From an uncultured candidate division Zixibacteria bacterium (GTDB lineage: Bacteria > Zixibacteria > MSB-5A5 > UBA10806): a stretch of 64,000 nt of DNA. Location: NCBI GenBank assembly GCA_963801605.1, contig CAWDFP010000006.1, forward strand, positions 1,248,001 to 1,312,000, read 5' to 3'. The notes under the pieces are model-generated. The model ran no database searches and was not told where the DNA came from. It was given only the letters and a program-made list of their open reading frames with translations. The translations under genes and the position numbers were made by a program. Positions 33,883 through 43,720 of this stretch are shown piece after piece (the stretch's first letter is position 1; every line of letters begins with the position of its first letter).

Positions 33883-34828
33883 TTGTAGCTACATAAAGAG
33901 ATTGCAATTATATCTTGATGGCTGGACCGAGGGTGACGCGACTCGTGATATCGAGGAGCATCTTAAAGTCTGTCCGCGATGTCAGGCCGAGATGGTCGAA
34001 TTGGTAGAGGCCAATGCGGCCGCTCTGGAAATTGTGGAGGTAGCTCCCGACCGTTCTTATTGGGATTCTTTCGTAAACAGGGTACATAATAGAATTATTG
34101 CCCGCGATGTTGAGCCCGTCAAAGAAATTAAAAGCTCGTCGACTCGTTTTCCCGCATTCAGATTAGCCTCGGTTCTGGTAATTCTAATCGTCACGATTAG
34201 CACAGCCTTTGTCATGTTACGTCAACCCCTGCGAGGATCCAATTCCGCCGCCATTTCACCTCGAATTCAAGATGCTTCGATTCAGCCTAAATTACAGCCG
34301 CCGGTTTTAAATACCGCTGAACAGGCTATCGCTCAAACCAATAAAACGAACGATCTTTCATCGGAAGCTTCGGCTGACCTTCCCGATGTCAGCTCGATGA
34401 AATCGTCCGATTTATCTTCCGGTGTTCGGCCCTCTACCCGCGGTACGGGAATGCCTGAATTCAAAAATTTATCTGATGAGATTAGAATATCTTCTCTTCG
34501 TGGACAAATTAAATCAGGGCCAAGCAATGAATCAAGATTGCAGGCCCCATCATCATTTGCCGATTATTCATCCGATCCATCTTTTCGCCTTAAAACCGCC
34601 TTTGTTGGACAAAGAATTTTAGCCAGCCTCGGAATGAACGCCCAAAATGACACCCGTGCGTCATCTCAGGGGCCGCTCTACGCATACAATGAAACCTCGC
34701 TAACCGGGGCAGGCGACGATCCCGGCGCCGCCTCCACCTGGGGTTACCTGCGTATCGCTTCCGATACCTCCAGGGCCAGTGAAGTTAAGAAATACTTCAT
34801 TGAGCTTGAGCTTATGCAGGGCAAGTAG
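33875..34828 (+). CDS. Membrane-anchored zf-HC2 anti-sigma factor
   Basis: LYLDG...EEHLKVCPRC, one TM helix, extracytoplasmic tail. Confidence 0.8.
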   Translation: MTDCSYIKRLQLYLDGWTEGDATRDIEEHLKVCPRCQAEMVELVEANAAALEIVEVAPDRSYWDSFVNRVHNRIIARDVEPVKEIKSSSTRFPAFRLASVLVILIVTISTAFVMLRQPLRGSNSAAISPRIQDASIQPKLQPPVLNTAEQAIAQTNKTNDLSSEASADLPDVSSMKSSDLSSGVRPSTRGTGMPEFKNLSDEIRISSLRGQIKSGPSNESRLQAPSSFADYSSDPSFRLKTAFVGQRILASLGMNAQNDTRASSQGPLYAYNETSLTGAGDDPGAASTWGYLRIASDTSRASEVKKYFIELELMQGK

Positions 34829-34918
34829 CAAAAAATTTCCCCTCTTTTTATGTTGATAATTCAAATCCATGTCTTTATATTCACGGGCTGAACTTTACGG
34901 GGGCGTTGGTTTTGGGAT

Positions 34919-36091
34919 ATGTGGGTAATAGCAGTTCTTATTGGAATACTAATTATATACGGCTTCTGGGAATTTCGCAGTCACCAATTTAATCTTAAAA
35001 AACTGCGCGTCAGGATCCATGTCAACGGTACTCGCGGCAAGTCGTCGGTTACCAGGCTTATCGCCGGCGGGCTTCGAGGCGGCGGTTTGAAGGTTTTTGC
35101 CAAAACTACTGGAACTAAACCCAGAATGATTTTTGTTGACGGCAGTGAGGCGCCGGTATTGCGCGTTGGCAAGGCCAACATAATTGAGCAAAAAAGAATT
35201 GTGGCTAGAGCGGCGCGCCAGAATGTCGAGTATTTTGTAACTGAGTGCATGGGAGTCCAACCACACTTGCAGGAAATCCTCGAAAATAAATTCGTCAAGT
35301 CGCAGGTCGGCGTCATCACAAACGTCCGCGGCGATCATCTCGACGAAATGGGTCCCACCCTGGCTTGTGTCGCCGCCTCGTTGTGCAATTCAATTCCCCA
35401 AAATGGCCACCTGTTCACCTCTGAAGAGCATTACCTCGATATTATCGAAGCCCGCAGCAAGATGCGTAATACCGTGGTACATAAAGCTAATCCGTCCGAT
35501 ATCGATAATCTCGATATGCGCGGTTTCACGTATTTAGAGCATAAAGACAACGTTGCCCTGGCTCTGGCAGTCTGCCGTCATTTCGGAGTATCCAAAGAGG
35601 ATGCTATTCGCGGCATGCAGCAGGCTATAGCCGATCCGGGTGTGCTACGGCGATACAAAATCGAAACCCAGGGAAAGAGCATTGAATTTGTCAACGCCTT
35701 CGCGGCCAACGATCCCGACAGCTACAAGATCATCTGGGAGATGCTCCGCATTCATCGCGAGCCTGATAAGAAACTCATCGTCCTGCTCAATTCGCGTAAG
35801 GACAGAATTCAAAGATCGGAGCAAATGGGTGAGTTCATCGCCAAGGAACTTGACGCTGATTACTTTGTGATCTCGGGAGAAATGACCCATGCCCTCGTTG
35901 CCCGGGCAGTCTCCTGCGGTTTGCCGCATAATAAAATCGAAAATCTCGGAGGCAAATCGCTCGAATCGATTTTTGGCAGGATCTTAAATCTAACCGAGAA
36001 AAAATCGCTTGTATTCGGAATTGGAAATATCGTTGGATTCGGGGAGCAGATCGTGAATTACTTTGTTGAAAAGGGGATAGAAATTGGGTGA
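34919..36091 (+). CDS. pgsB: Poly-gamma-glutamate synthase PgsB/CapB
   Basis: HVNGTRGKSSVTRLI, KTTGT, ECMG, TNVRGDHLDEMG, NAFAANDP. Confidence 0.93.
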   Translation: MWVIAVLIGILIIYGFWEFRSHQFNLKKLRVRIHVNGTRGKSSVTRLIAGGLRGGGLKVFAKTTGTKPRMIFVDGSEAPVLRVGKANIIEQKRIVARAARQNVEYFVTECMGVQPHLQEILENKFVKSQVGVITNVRGDHLDEMGPTLACVAASLCNSIPQNGHLFTSEEHYLDIIEARSKMRNTVVHKANPSDIDNLDMRGFTYLEHKDNVALALAVCRHFGVSKEDAIRGMQQAIADPGVLRRYKIETQGKSIEFVNAFAANDPDSYKIIWEMLRIHREPDKKLIVLLNSRKDRIQRSEQMGEFIAKELDADYFVISGEMTHALVARAVSCGLPHNKIENLGGKSLESIFGRILNLTEKKSLVFGIGNIVGFGEQIVNYFVEKGIEIG

Positions 36092-36548
36092 AGCCTTAAT
36101 GGTCGAATCAGTTGGCTTGGGACTGGTCGTCAGCATCATCTTTTCGGAAACTCTGGGATTAGCCGCTGGCGGTATGGTAGTGCCTGGATACCTGGCGCTT
36201 ATGATCCATGAGCCTCTCAGAATTCTGGGGACTATCATCGTCAGCCTTTTAACCTTCTTTATGATAAAGCTCCTTTCCAACTATATCTTCATATACGGCC
36301 GGAGACGAACCGTGCTGGTAATCCTGTTCGGATTCCTTTTTGGATGGGTGTCTCGCAGCTTTTTTGTAATCCCGCTTCCGGGCGGTAACGCTGTGGAGTT
36401 TCAATCGGTTGGATTTATTATTCCCGGCCTGATCGCCAATTGGATGGAGCGACAGGGGGTTATTCAAACCTTGAGCACGATGGTGGTTGCCGCAGTTCTG
36501 GTTCGGTTGCTCCTTATGATCTTTTCCGGCGGGCAGGTGATATCATGA
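36084..36548 (+). CDS. pgsC: Poly-gamma-glutamate biosynthesis protein PgsC/CapC
   Basis: GGMVVPGYLAL, IYGRRR, GFIIPGLIA..M..QG. Confidence 0.93.
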   Translation: MGEALMVESVGLGLVVSIIFSETLGLAAGGMVVPGYLALMIHEPLRILGTIIVSLLTFFMIKLLSNYIFIYGRRRTVLVILFGFLFGWVSRSFFVIPLPGGNAVEFQSVGFIIPGLIANWMERQGVIQTLSTMVVAAVLVRLLLMIFSGGQVIS

Positions 36549-37714
36549 AGGCGCGCGAGGTAAATCCGTCTATCCGGCTACTTGTTCTGTTGGCCATTAT
36601 ATCGTTGGGCATATTCTATCTGGCTGAGTCTACCCGTCATAAAAAACAAGCTCCTTATTACGATCTTAAGATAAAAGCCGCTACTCTAGACCAAAAATGT
36701 CAAATTGCCATTCGCGACGAACTTAAGAAACGTGGAATCGCTATCGATTTCGAAAATGATCCCAATGGCAGCGGCCTTATAGGCGAACAAAGCACCTTGA
36801 TTACAACCGATCTTGGTGATCTCCGCAGCAAATTAAGCTCAACCAATCCTAACTTTTCAGCGGTTTTTGTGGATTTATTTAAGGAGAGCGGGATCAAGCG
36901 CGGAGATAAAATTGCAGTGGCTTTGACCGGTTCGCTTCCCGGAGTAAATATTGCTCTCTATTCGGCTTGTGATGTCATGGGAATCGAACCCGTTGTAATC
37001 ACGTCGGTCGGCTCATCGACCTGGGGCGCAAATAATCCCACTTTCACCTGGCTCGATATGGAGAAACTTCTTTTCGATGCCAAACTTATAAATTCTCGTT
37101 CGGTAGCCGCGTCGTTGGGCGGCGGTACTGATAATGGCCGCGGCCTTTCCATGACGGGACGCCGGCTGCTTTTGGACGCTATTAAGCGCAACAGCGTCGA
37201 GCCTATATTTACCGGTAATCTCGAAGGCGCTCTGGAGAATGCCGGATCGCTTAAGAAAAATATCGAACGCAGAATACAAATCTACGATCGTGAAAGCAAA
37301 GGACGAGCCTACGCCGCTTATGTTAATATCGGAGGCGGTTTGGCTTCTTTGGGTTCCGCCCAGAACGGCAAGCTTATTCCCTCGGGAGTGAATTTTCACT
37401 TCGACCAGGCTAATTTCCCGGCGCGGGGAGTTATCAATATCATGGCTGAGCGGAAAATCCCGATCATCCATGTCATGGAGGTGACCGATATCGCCAATAA
37501 ATACGGCGTCTCGATCGAAGTCACGCCCGCTCCCGTCGTTGGCAAGGACGCCATTTTCCAGCGCGATGAATACTCAATTACTTCGACGATAATTTATGCT
37601 ATTATTCTGATGATAATCGTTGCGGTTTTTATACGCATTGATGTAAAATACTACGTTAGAAAGCAAACCAAGATCCTTTTTCCACCGAGAAGGGATGAGG
37701 ACCCGGAGCTATAA
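36545..37714 (+). CDS. pgsW: Poly-gamma-glutamate system protein PgsW
   Basis: DPNGSGLIG, ITTDLG, TNPNF, TGSLPG, SVGSSTWGAN; ATGA overlap with pgsC. Confidence 0.85.
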   Translation: MKAREVNPSIRLLVLLAIISLGIFYLAESTRHKKQAPYYDLKIKAATLDQKCQIAIRDELKKRGIAIDFENDPNGSGLIGEQSTLITTDLGDLRSKLSSTNPNFSAVFVDLFKESGIKRGDKIAVALTGSLPGVNIALYSACDVMGIEPVVITSVGSSTWGANNPTFTWLDMEKLLFDAKLINSRSVAASLGGGTDNGRGLSMTGRRLLLDAIKRNSVEPIFTGNLEGALENAGSLKKNIERRIQIYDRESKGRAYAAYVNIGGGLASLGSAQNGKLIPSGVNFHFDQANFPARGVINIMAERKIPIIHVMEVTDIANKYGVSIEVTPAPVVGKDAIFQRDEYSITSTIIYAIILMIIVAVFIRIDVKYYVRKQTKILFPPRRDEDPEL

Positions 37715-37715
37715 T

Positions 37716-38612
37716 ATGAATAAGCTTGGAATTATTGTACTGGGTACAGTCCTGCTGGTATCCGGATGCTTATATGCGGCCGATACCACTACTACGGCCT
37801 ATAACGTTTTCACTCCCATCGGCGCCGGCAAGAGCGTTTTAATTAAATCAGGCGCCAAGCAGTACAACTATTTCGTAGTCGAAAAAGGCGTCTCCTTTGG
37901 CTTCGATATTACCGGACCGGATAAGATCAAGATACATACCCGGGCCGAATTTAAACCTGGCCTTAAAGATATCGGATATGAAATCCAGATATGGGAAGCT
38001 AATCATCTGATCAAAGGACGTAAAGTAAATGCCACCCCGTCCGCGCTGACATTCAACAATCAGGCCCTGGGCCTTTCCAGAGATATTATCATCGATGTCC
38101 CTGAAGGCGTTCATAAATATCGTCTCTGGATTACATCAGATCAGGCCGATAGATATTACACCAGGTTTTATCAAACCAATACAGCCGTCGTTGACAATCC
38201 GGTTAGCTACATTCAGCCATCGCAATTTCGCCAGCAGGTAACACTCCTTTCTGGCGGTAATTTGGAAGCCTATTATATTGTCGATACCGCCGGTGGAGTC
38301 ACCTTAACAATTGACGGCCCCGTTATGCTTACTCTTTTTTGCCGCGCGAATTTTGACAAAAACATGAAGGGCAGAGCCAAGTTTACGCTGGGGATGTTTG
38401 AAGGCGACAGAGAAGTAACCCAATTTGCGGGAGCCGTGCCTATATCATCCAAGGCGGCGTTTAAAGAACTCAGCGATCTGGTTCCTTCTACGTTGAATAC
38501 TTATGGCTTTTCCGTACCGCCCGGCAGGCACATTTACCAGTTCAGAAAGATCAATTCGGCCTCGCCCAGCCTGGCGATTAGATTTAAGGCCACGAAGAGC
38601 ACAACTCCATGA
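37716..38612 (+). CDS. Secreted/periplasmic protein with two tandem beta-rich domains
   Basis: Signal peptide; internal repeat Y..V....V...I.GP......RA.F ... VP.G.H.Y occurs twice; starts 1 nt after pgsW stop. Confidence 0.7.
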   Translation: MNKLGIIVLGTVLLVSGCLYAADTTTTAYNVFTPIGAGKSVLIKSGAKQYNYFVVEKGVSFGFDITGPDKIKIHTRAEFKPGLKDIGYEIQIWEANHLIKGRKVNATPSALTFNNQALGLSRDIIIDVPEGVHKYRLWITSDQADRYYTRFYQTNTAVVDNPVSYIQPSQFRQQVTLLSGGNLEAYYIVDTAGGVTLTIDGPVMLTLFCRANFDKNMKGRAKFTLGMFEGDREVTQFAGAVPISSKAAFKELSDLVPSTLNTYGFSVPPGRHIYQFRKINSASPSLAIRFKATKSTTP

Positions 38613-39736
38613 AAAAGAGCAGTCTTACTCTCATTATTGTACCGCTGATTTTGGCGGCTTTTATCGTTTCGCCTGCCGAAGCGGCCAAAAAGAAAAAGCG
38701 TATCAAAGCCCCTGTTAAGACTTTCATTCTCGATGTTACTCTCGGTATTACTTACGATGATAATATCATCAGATATTCGGATGCTGATTTAGATCTTTAC
38801 AGCTTTGACGCTATCCCGTCGAAGTTTTCTATAGAATCAAAAAGCGATTGGATCATTGCCCCTCAAATCCGCCCTCGTATCCAAGGAAAGCTGCTTGGAA
38901 ATCAACCTGCCACTCTGACTTTAGGATATGATTATTTTGGTTACATAAGAAATGATATCCGGCGTTATAGCCGCTTTCTTATCGAGCTCAGGCAGGATTT
39001 CAGTTCTCGTGGCTACGCCCAGGTTTCTTATGGCTATATACCAAAATATTACTACCGCAATCTTTTTATCCGCCATGACACGATCGGTGGCGATATTTAT
39101 GAACCGGCAAATTTCTCCAAAAATACCGTTGGAGTTGAAATCGGTTACGATATCACTAAAACAATCAAAGGTTCGGTGGCTTACCGGTTTCTCAATAAAT
39201 CTTATGACCAAATATTTGATTATCGCGACCTGACTTTAAATGGATTTGAAATTGACGGTATTTGGCGGGCCTCGAAACCCCTCAAATTTTGGGGCATTTA
39301 CGGCTATGAAAACGCCAAAGCTAAAGGCGCCGATAGGCCCGATTCAGTTCTCGACCTATCTTATATCGCCTGGGACCTGACTTTTGGCGTCCGGCATTAT
39401 GCATCTTTTATGCCCAGGCTCAAACCTGAATTTTACACCAGCTTTCAGTACCGTCGTATCATGTATCAATCTGATAAACCTCCGGCCATGTTTGGACGGA
39501 ATGCTTTCCAATATGCGAGAAACGATAACAATTATTTGCTCCATCTGGGAGCAGGCTGCCAGATAGCTTATAAGATACGTCTTGACGCCGATTACGCATT
39601 CACAACCAAGAAATCCAGCTTGCCGGATATATATCCTAACCCTTACCTGAGTATTCCCCAGACCACTCAGCAATTGGAACAGATGCTTAACTATTCGGCC
39701 AATACTATCTCCCTGAAATTTTCCAGACAATTCTAA
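38609..39736 (+). CDS. Outer-membrane beta-barrel protein
   Basis: Signal peptide, first strand LGITYDDNI, Tyr-rich alternating strands, C-terminal ISLKFSRQF; ATGA overlap. Confidence 0.75.
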   Translation: MKKSSLTLIIVPLILAAFIVSPAEAAKKKKRIKAPVKTFILDVTLGITYDDNIIRYSDADLDLYSFDAIPSKFSIESKSDWIIAPQIRPRIQGKLLGNQPATLTLGYDYFGYIRNDIRRYSRFLIELRQDFSSRGYAQVSYGYIPKYYYRNLFIRHDTIGGDIYEPANFSKNTVGVEIGYDITKTIKGSVAYRFLNKSYDQIFDYRDLTLNGFEIDGIWRASKPLKFWGIYGYENAKAKGADRPDSVLDLSYIAWDLTFGVRHYASFMPRLKPEFYTSFQYRRIMYQSDKPPAMFGRNAFQYARNDNNYLLHLGAGCQIAYKIRLDADYAFTTKKSSLPDIYPNPYLSIPQTTQQLEQMLNYSANTISLKFSRQF

Positions 39737-39819
39737 CTTGACCCTCTCCCGATAGCGCCATATAATTATCTTGGGAGTGTTTATTATTCCCGGTTATTAA
39801 AACGGCATATATAAATTTT

Positions 39820-40476
39820 ATGGATGTTATGAATCATCAGGAATTAACCGAACAGCGCGAATATATGATCAAAACCCAGATCGAGGCCCGCGGCGTTACT
39901 GATCTACGGGTGCTCGATGCCATGAGAGTTATACCGCGTCATCTTTTCTTACCCGAAAACCTTCGACGGTTCGCTTTCGATGACTCACCTGTCTCTATTG
40001 GATATGGCCAGACTATCAGCCAGCCGTTTATCGTAGCCTATATGACTGAGCTTCTCCAGACCAAACCGACCGATAAAGTACTCGATATCGGCACCGGTTC
40101 AGGTTATCAGGCTGCCATATTATCGCAACTTGTAAAGGCAGTTTATACTATTGAGATAGTGCCGGAACTAAATGAAATGGCCGATTCTATTTTCAAGAAA
40201 CTGGGTTATGCCAATATCATTTCCCGGGTTGGTGATGGTTATTTCGGCTGGTCGGAGGAGGCCCCATTCAATGGTATCGTTGTTGCTGCGGCGCCCGGAC
40301 GAGTGCCTCAGCCGCTTTTGGAACAGCTCGCCGATGGTGGCCGATTGGTTATACCGGTTGGAGATATGTTTCAATATCTTGAGGTTTATACTCGCGACGG
40401 CGACCAGATTAAACGCGAAAAAAATATCGCGGTGCGATTTGTCCCCATGACCGGTACGGCGGAGGATAAGGAATAG
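39820..40476 (+). CDS. pcm: Protein-L-isoaspartate O-methyltransferase
   Basis: IGYGQTISQP, VLDIGTGSGYQAA, GGRLVIPVG, VRFVPM. Confidence 0.95.
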   Translation: MDVMNHQELTEQREYMIKTQIEARGVTDLRVLDAMRVIPRHLFLPENLRRFAFDDSPVSIGYGQTISQPFIVAYMTELLQTKPTDKVLDIGTGSGYQAAILSQLVKAVYTIEIVPELNEMADSIFKKLGYANIISRVGDGYFGWSEEAPFNGIVVAAAPGRVPQPLLEQLADGGRLVIPVGDMFQYLEVYTRDGDQIKREKNIAVRFVPMTGTAEDKE

Positions 40477-40540
40477 GGGAAAGGCTAATCCCCTGTATAT
40501 TGGGAGATTGCCCCCCAAAGAAAAATGATTATTCCATTTC

Positions 40541-40570
40541 CGTAACTATCTCGGATATTATTTCGTAATA
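40541..40570 (+). promoter_or_regulatory. ECF (SigW/SigX-like) promoter candidate
   Basis: CGTAAC-N17-CGTAATA upstream of pspC. Confidence 0.4.
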
Positions 40571-40596
40571 TAGAGTAGATAAAAAAGGATGGGAAT

Positions 40597-41043
40597 ATGG
40601 CAAAAAAACTTTACAGATCGCGCCATGACAGGATGATCGCCGGAGTCTGTGGCGGCCTGGCTGAGTATTTCGATATCGATTCCACCCTGGTTCGTCTGAT
40701 TGCTGTAGCCTTGACTATCGCAGGCGGTTCCGGGATACTGGCTTATATCATATTCTGGTTTGTGGTGCCGCAACGGCCGCTTGATCTCGCCGCCGTCGAT
40801 AACCCAATCCAGGCCCCGCCTGCCGCTGATACGACTGAGCCTGCCGAGGCGGAAACTAACGAAGTCAGTTCCGCCGCTCTATTTGTTGGAGTGATTCTGA
40901 CCGTTTTGGGTTTTTTGTTTCTGTTGGGGAATTTAATTTCGTTCGCCTGGTTGTCATTTTCGAGACTCTGGCCATTGGTGCTCATCGCAATCGGGATAAT
41001 TATCGTTTTGAAAGGTACCGGGAGAAAAAGCCATGCGAGTTAG
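40597..41043 (+). CDS. pspC: PspC-domain membrane protein with LiaF-like TM tail
   Basis: KKLYRSRHDRMIAGVCGGLAEYF; C-terminal WPLVLIAIG. Confidence 0.88.
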   Translation: MAKKLYRSRHDRMIAGVCGGLAEYFDIDSTLVRLIAVALTIAGGSGILAYIIFWFVVPQRPLDLAAVDNPIQAPPAADTTEPAEAETNEVSSAALFVGVILTVLGFLFLLGNLISFAWLSFSRLWPLVLIAIGIIIVLKGTGRKSHAS

Positions 41044-41965
41044 TTCGGTTCGTTGGGGTGTGATTTTTATCGGAATCGGCCTTCTCTTTTTGGCGATTAA
41101 TCTCGAACTGTTGGATACCCTGGTATTCCCTCGACTTTTTTCGCTCTGGCCGGTTCTGCTTATCGCCATTGGTCTGGAGATAATGTTTCGTCGCACCCGT
41201 CTTTATGTTTTGGCATTTCTCTCACCGATCATTATCGCGGGCGCCTTCATCGCTGCCGCAACCGCTACGGGCGACTGGGGCTGGAAAGCCGATGAGTTCT
41301 GGAACCGCTGGGTTTGGCGGGCTACCGAAAAAAAGGTCGACATTGTTGAGATACCTTCCGATACAGCTGTTCGCGCCTTAAAGCTTGATTTGGAGTGCGG
41401 CCCCAGTGAGGTAACCTTCAAACCATCGTCCGATATCATGTTTAAATCTACGACCGAATATTATCGTCGCAGCCCCTGGGTTGAGCATTCCGTAACCGAT
41501 AGCACCGAGAGTATCAAATACATCAATCGCGAAAAAACCCGGTTGGCGTTGTTCGGTCTTAACATCGCTGGCGCTCAAAATCAGTTTAGAATCGCGGATT
41601 ATCTTCCTGTCGAGGCTAATATCAATGCCCTTGACGATGAGCCTGATTTCGATCTTTCCGACATTAGGCTTTCATCCCTGACAATTCATATACGCTCTAA
41701 TCGCGCTACCTTACGATTGGGCGGATATTCCGATAGCTTGAGCGTAACCATTTCCGGCAAAACCGATGATTTAAATTTAATTATCCCCACAGATATCGGC
41801 TTGGCCATATCCGGCAACTCCTTAAAGCTCAATAGTATTCTTAAGGATGCGGGCCTGCAGTCCAGCGCCGGTGCATTCCTCTCAAACGATTACGCGACTG
41901 CAAATCATAAAATCAATCTTGTACTCGAGGCTGATATTAAATCGCTTTCCATAAATAGAGAATAA
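41033..41965 (+). CDS. LiaF/LiaI-like membrane protein (DUF5668-type TM region + beta-rich domain)
   Basis: WGVIFIGIGLLFL..LWPVLLIAIGLE; overlaps pspC. Confidence 0.7.
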   Translation: MRVSSVRWGVIFIGIGLLFLAINLELLDTLVFPRLFSLWPVLLIAIGLEIMFRRTRLYVLAFLSPIIIAGAFIAAATATGDWGWKADEFWNRWVWRATEKKVDIVEIPSDTAVRALKLDLECGPSEVTFKPSSDIMFKSTTEYYRRSPWVEHSVTDSTESIKYINREKTRLALFGLNIAGAQNQFRIADYLPVEANINALDDEPDFDLSDIRLSSLTIHIRSNRATLRLGGYSDSLSVTISGKTDDLNLIIPTDIGLAISGNSLKLNSILKDAGLQSSAGAFLSNDYATANHKINLVLEADIKSLSINRE

Positions 41966-41994
41966 TATTTCCATTGAAATTGATAAATAAAATA

Positions 41995-42022
41995 AGCCGT
42001 CGGGTAATAAACCTGACGGCTT
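41995..42022. terminator. Hairpin between convergent genes (CGTC-type palindrome / bidirectional terminator)
   Basis: AAGCCGTCGGGT/ACCTGACGGCTT. Confidence 0.55.
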
Positions 42023-42060
42023 CTTAATTGGCGTTTATGCCATCGATAAGAATACTAAAT

Positions 42061-43581
42061 TTACGTAAATATCTGAATTAGGAATACCTCGCCGTCGCGT
42101 TCGACCGTCAAAACCACTCGATAGCCCCGACCGATTTGCGATACAATATTGATATAATCGTTCAGGTTCGGGACCTCATAATTCCCGACTCGTCTGATAA
42201 TATCATTTTCCTGAAGGCCCCAATTGTATGCCTGGCTTTTGGGATCGCTTCCCAATACTATCACGCCGCTGCGGTCGCGCAGCCCCAAATAGCCGGCCAC
42301 GTTAGTCGTAATTTCAGCTACATCCAGGCCGTATTTGTCGGTTTTGTGGGGAGCTTTCCGAGTTGGTATCTCATCTGGTACAACCACTACCGATATCTCC
42401 TTATCACCGCGAATCAGTTTAACCGGCAGTGCTCGGCCCGCCCTGGAATAATTAACTACCTCATCCCAATCGCCGGTGGTGGTCATTTCGAGTTTGCCAA
42501 CCGATACCAGGATATCGCTCGTCTTAAGCCCGGCCCGCGAGGCCGGCGAGTTGGCATTAACCGATGAGACTATCAATCCCCTGGCTTGTTTCAGTTCCAG
42601 GCTATGGGCGAGCTCCGGAGTGATATTTTGAACGTTCAGCCCGATCCAGGCCTTAACAACTTCGCCATATTTCAGGATATCATCGATAACAACCTTGGCG
42701 CGATTTATCGGAATCGCGAAACCAATGCCCTCCGAACCGCGGCTTGATGAAAATATAAAGGTATTTATGCCGATCACTTCGCCCAGAGCGTTTACCAGCG
42801 GCCCGCCGGAATTACCGGGGTTTATTGCGGCGTCGGTCTGAATCATTTTACGATAAAATGCTTTCTGCCCTCGCTCCGGCTTGATATCGCGGTTGGTAGC
42901 GGAGATAACCCCTACTGTCACTGTGGGTCGAGGATCATCGAGCAGATAGCCAAAGGGGTTGCCGATCGCAATCGCCCATTCTCCGATGATTAAATCGTCG
43001 GAATTACCCAAAACTGCATTCTTATATTTCACGGTGTCGGCCATGATTTTTACGACAGCTAAATCGGTGACCGGATCTGCGCCGACTAATTTACCGGGAT
43101 ACTCATCGCCGTTTTCAAGAGTGACGCGAATCTCCTGAGCGCCGTCAACTACGTGATCATTAGTGAGCACATACCCTTTGTTATTTATTATCACCCCCGA
43201 ACCTAACGACATAACCTGCCTCTCTCTTGCTTGCGGGGGCAGAAATAGATCAAATAAATCATTGCCATAGGTCGGGGTATTGCGGGTCTGAATTACGGAA
43301 AGCGATACAACTGTCGGGCCTATCTTCTCAGCGGCCTGAACAATGGCATTGCGCCTCGATGTTTCGATATTTTCTACGGCGCTGTCCCGAATTCGACCCT
43401 GATCCGAGTTGCCGGGCACACTGGTATAATCGGCATTCCGAGTATCCGATGTTCTTGTGATGCTATTAGCCTGACGGTTTCCACCGATGGTGATATAACC
43501 CAGAATCGCCAGCATGAAAATTGCCCCCAGCAGGGCTCCGCCGATAATTGCAATTACAGTTGCTTTATTGTTTTGAGACAT
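42061..43581 (-). CDS. DegP/HtrA serine protease with two PDZ domains
   Basis: LTNDHVV, TDLAVVK, QTDAAINPGNSGGPL. Confidence 0.92.
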   Translation of the reverse strand: MSQNNKATVIAIIGGALLGAIFMLAILGYITIGGNRQANSITRTSDTRNADYTSVPGNSDQGRIRDSAVENIETSRRNAIVQAAEKIGPTVVSLSVIQTRNTPTYGNDLFDLFLPPQARERQVMSLGSGVIINNKGYVLTNDHVVDGAQEIRVTLENGDEYPGKLVGADPVTDLAVVKIMADTVKYKNAVLGNSDDLIIGEWAIAIGNPFGYLLDDPRPTVTVGVISATNRDIKPERGQKAFYRKMIQTDAAINPGNSGGPLVNALGEVIGINTFIFSSSRGSEGIGFAIPINRAKVVIDDILKYGEVVKAWIGLNVQNITPELAHSLELKQARGLIVSSVNANSPASRAGLKTSDILVSVGKLEMTTTGDWDEVVNYSRAGRALPVKLIRGDKEISVVVVPDEIPTRKAPHKTDKYGLDVAEITTNVAGYLGLRDRSGVIVLGSDPKSQAYNWGLQENDIIRRVGNYEVPNLNDYINIVSQIGRGYRVVLTVERDGEVFLIQIFT

Positions 43582-43616
43582 ACCTCATTACCGGATAAAT
43601 TTTGAATTCCTGTCAT

Positions 43617-43644
43617 TATACCCTGAACTGGCATTAAGGTTTCC
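43617..43644 (-). promoter_or_regulatory. ECF promoter candidate for degP
   Basis: Minus strand GGAAAC-N16-GGTATA. Confidence 0.4.
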
Positions 43645-43720
43645 TCTCTTTATTCGAGGATTACTCAATCCCATAAACTAATTCGATATGAAATACATCT
43701 CGGCCTCGGTTTGAGGCTGG

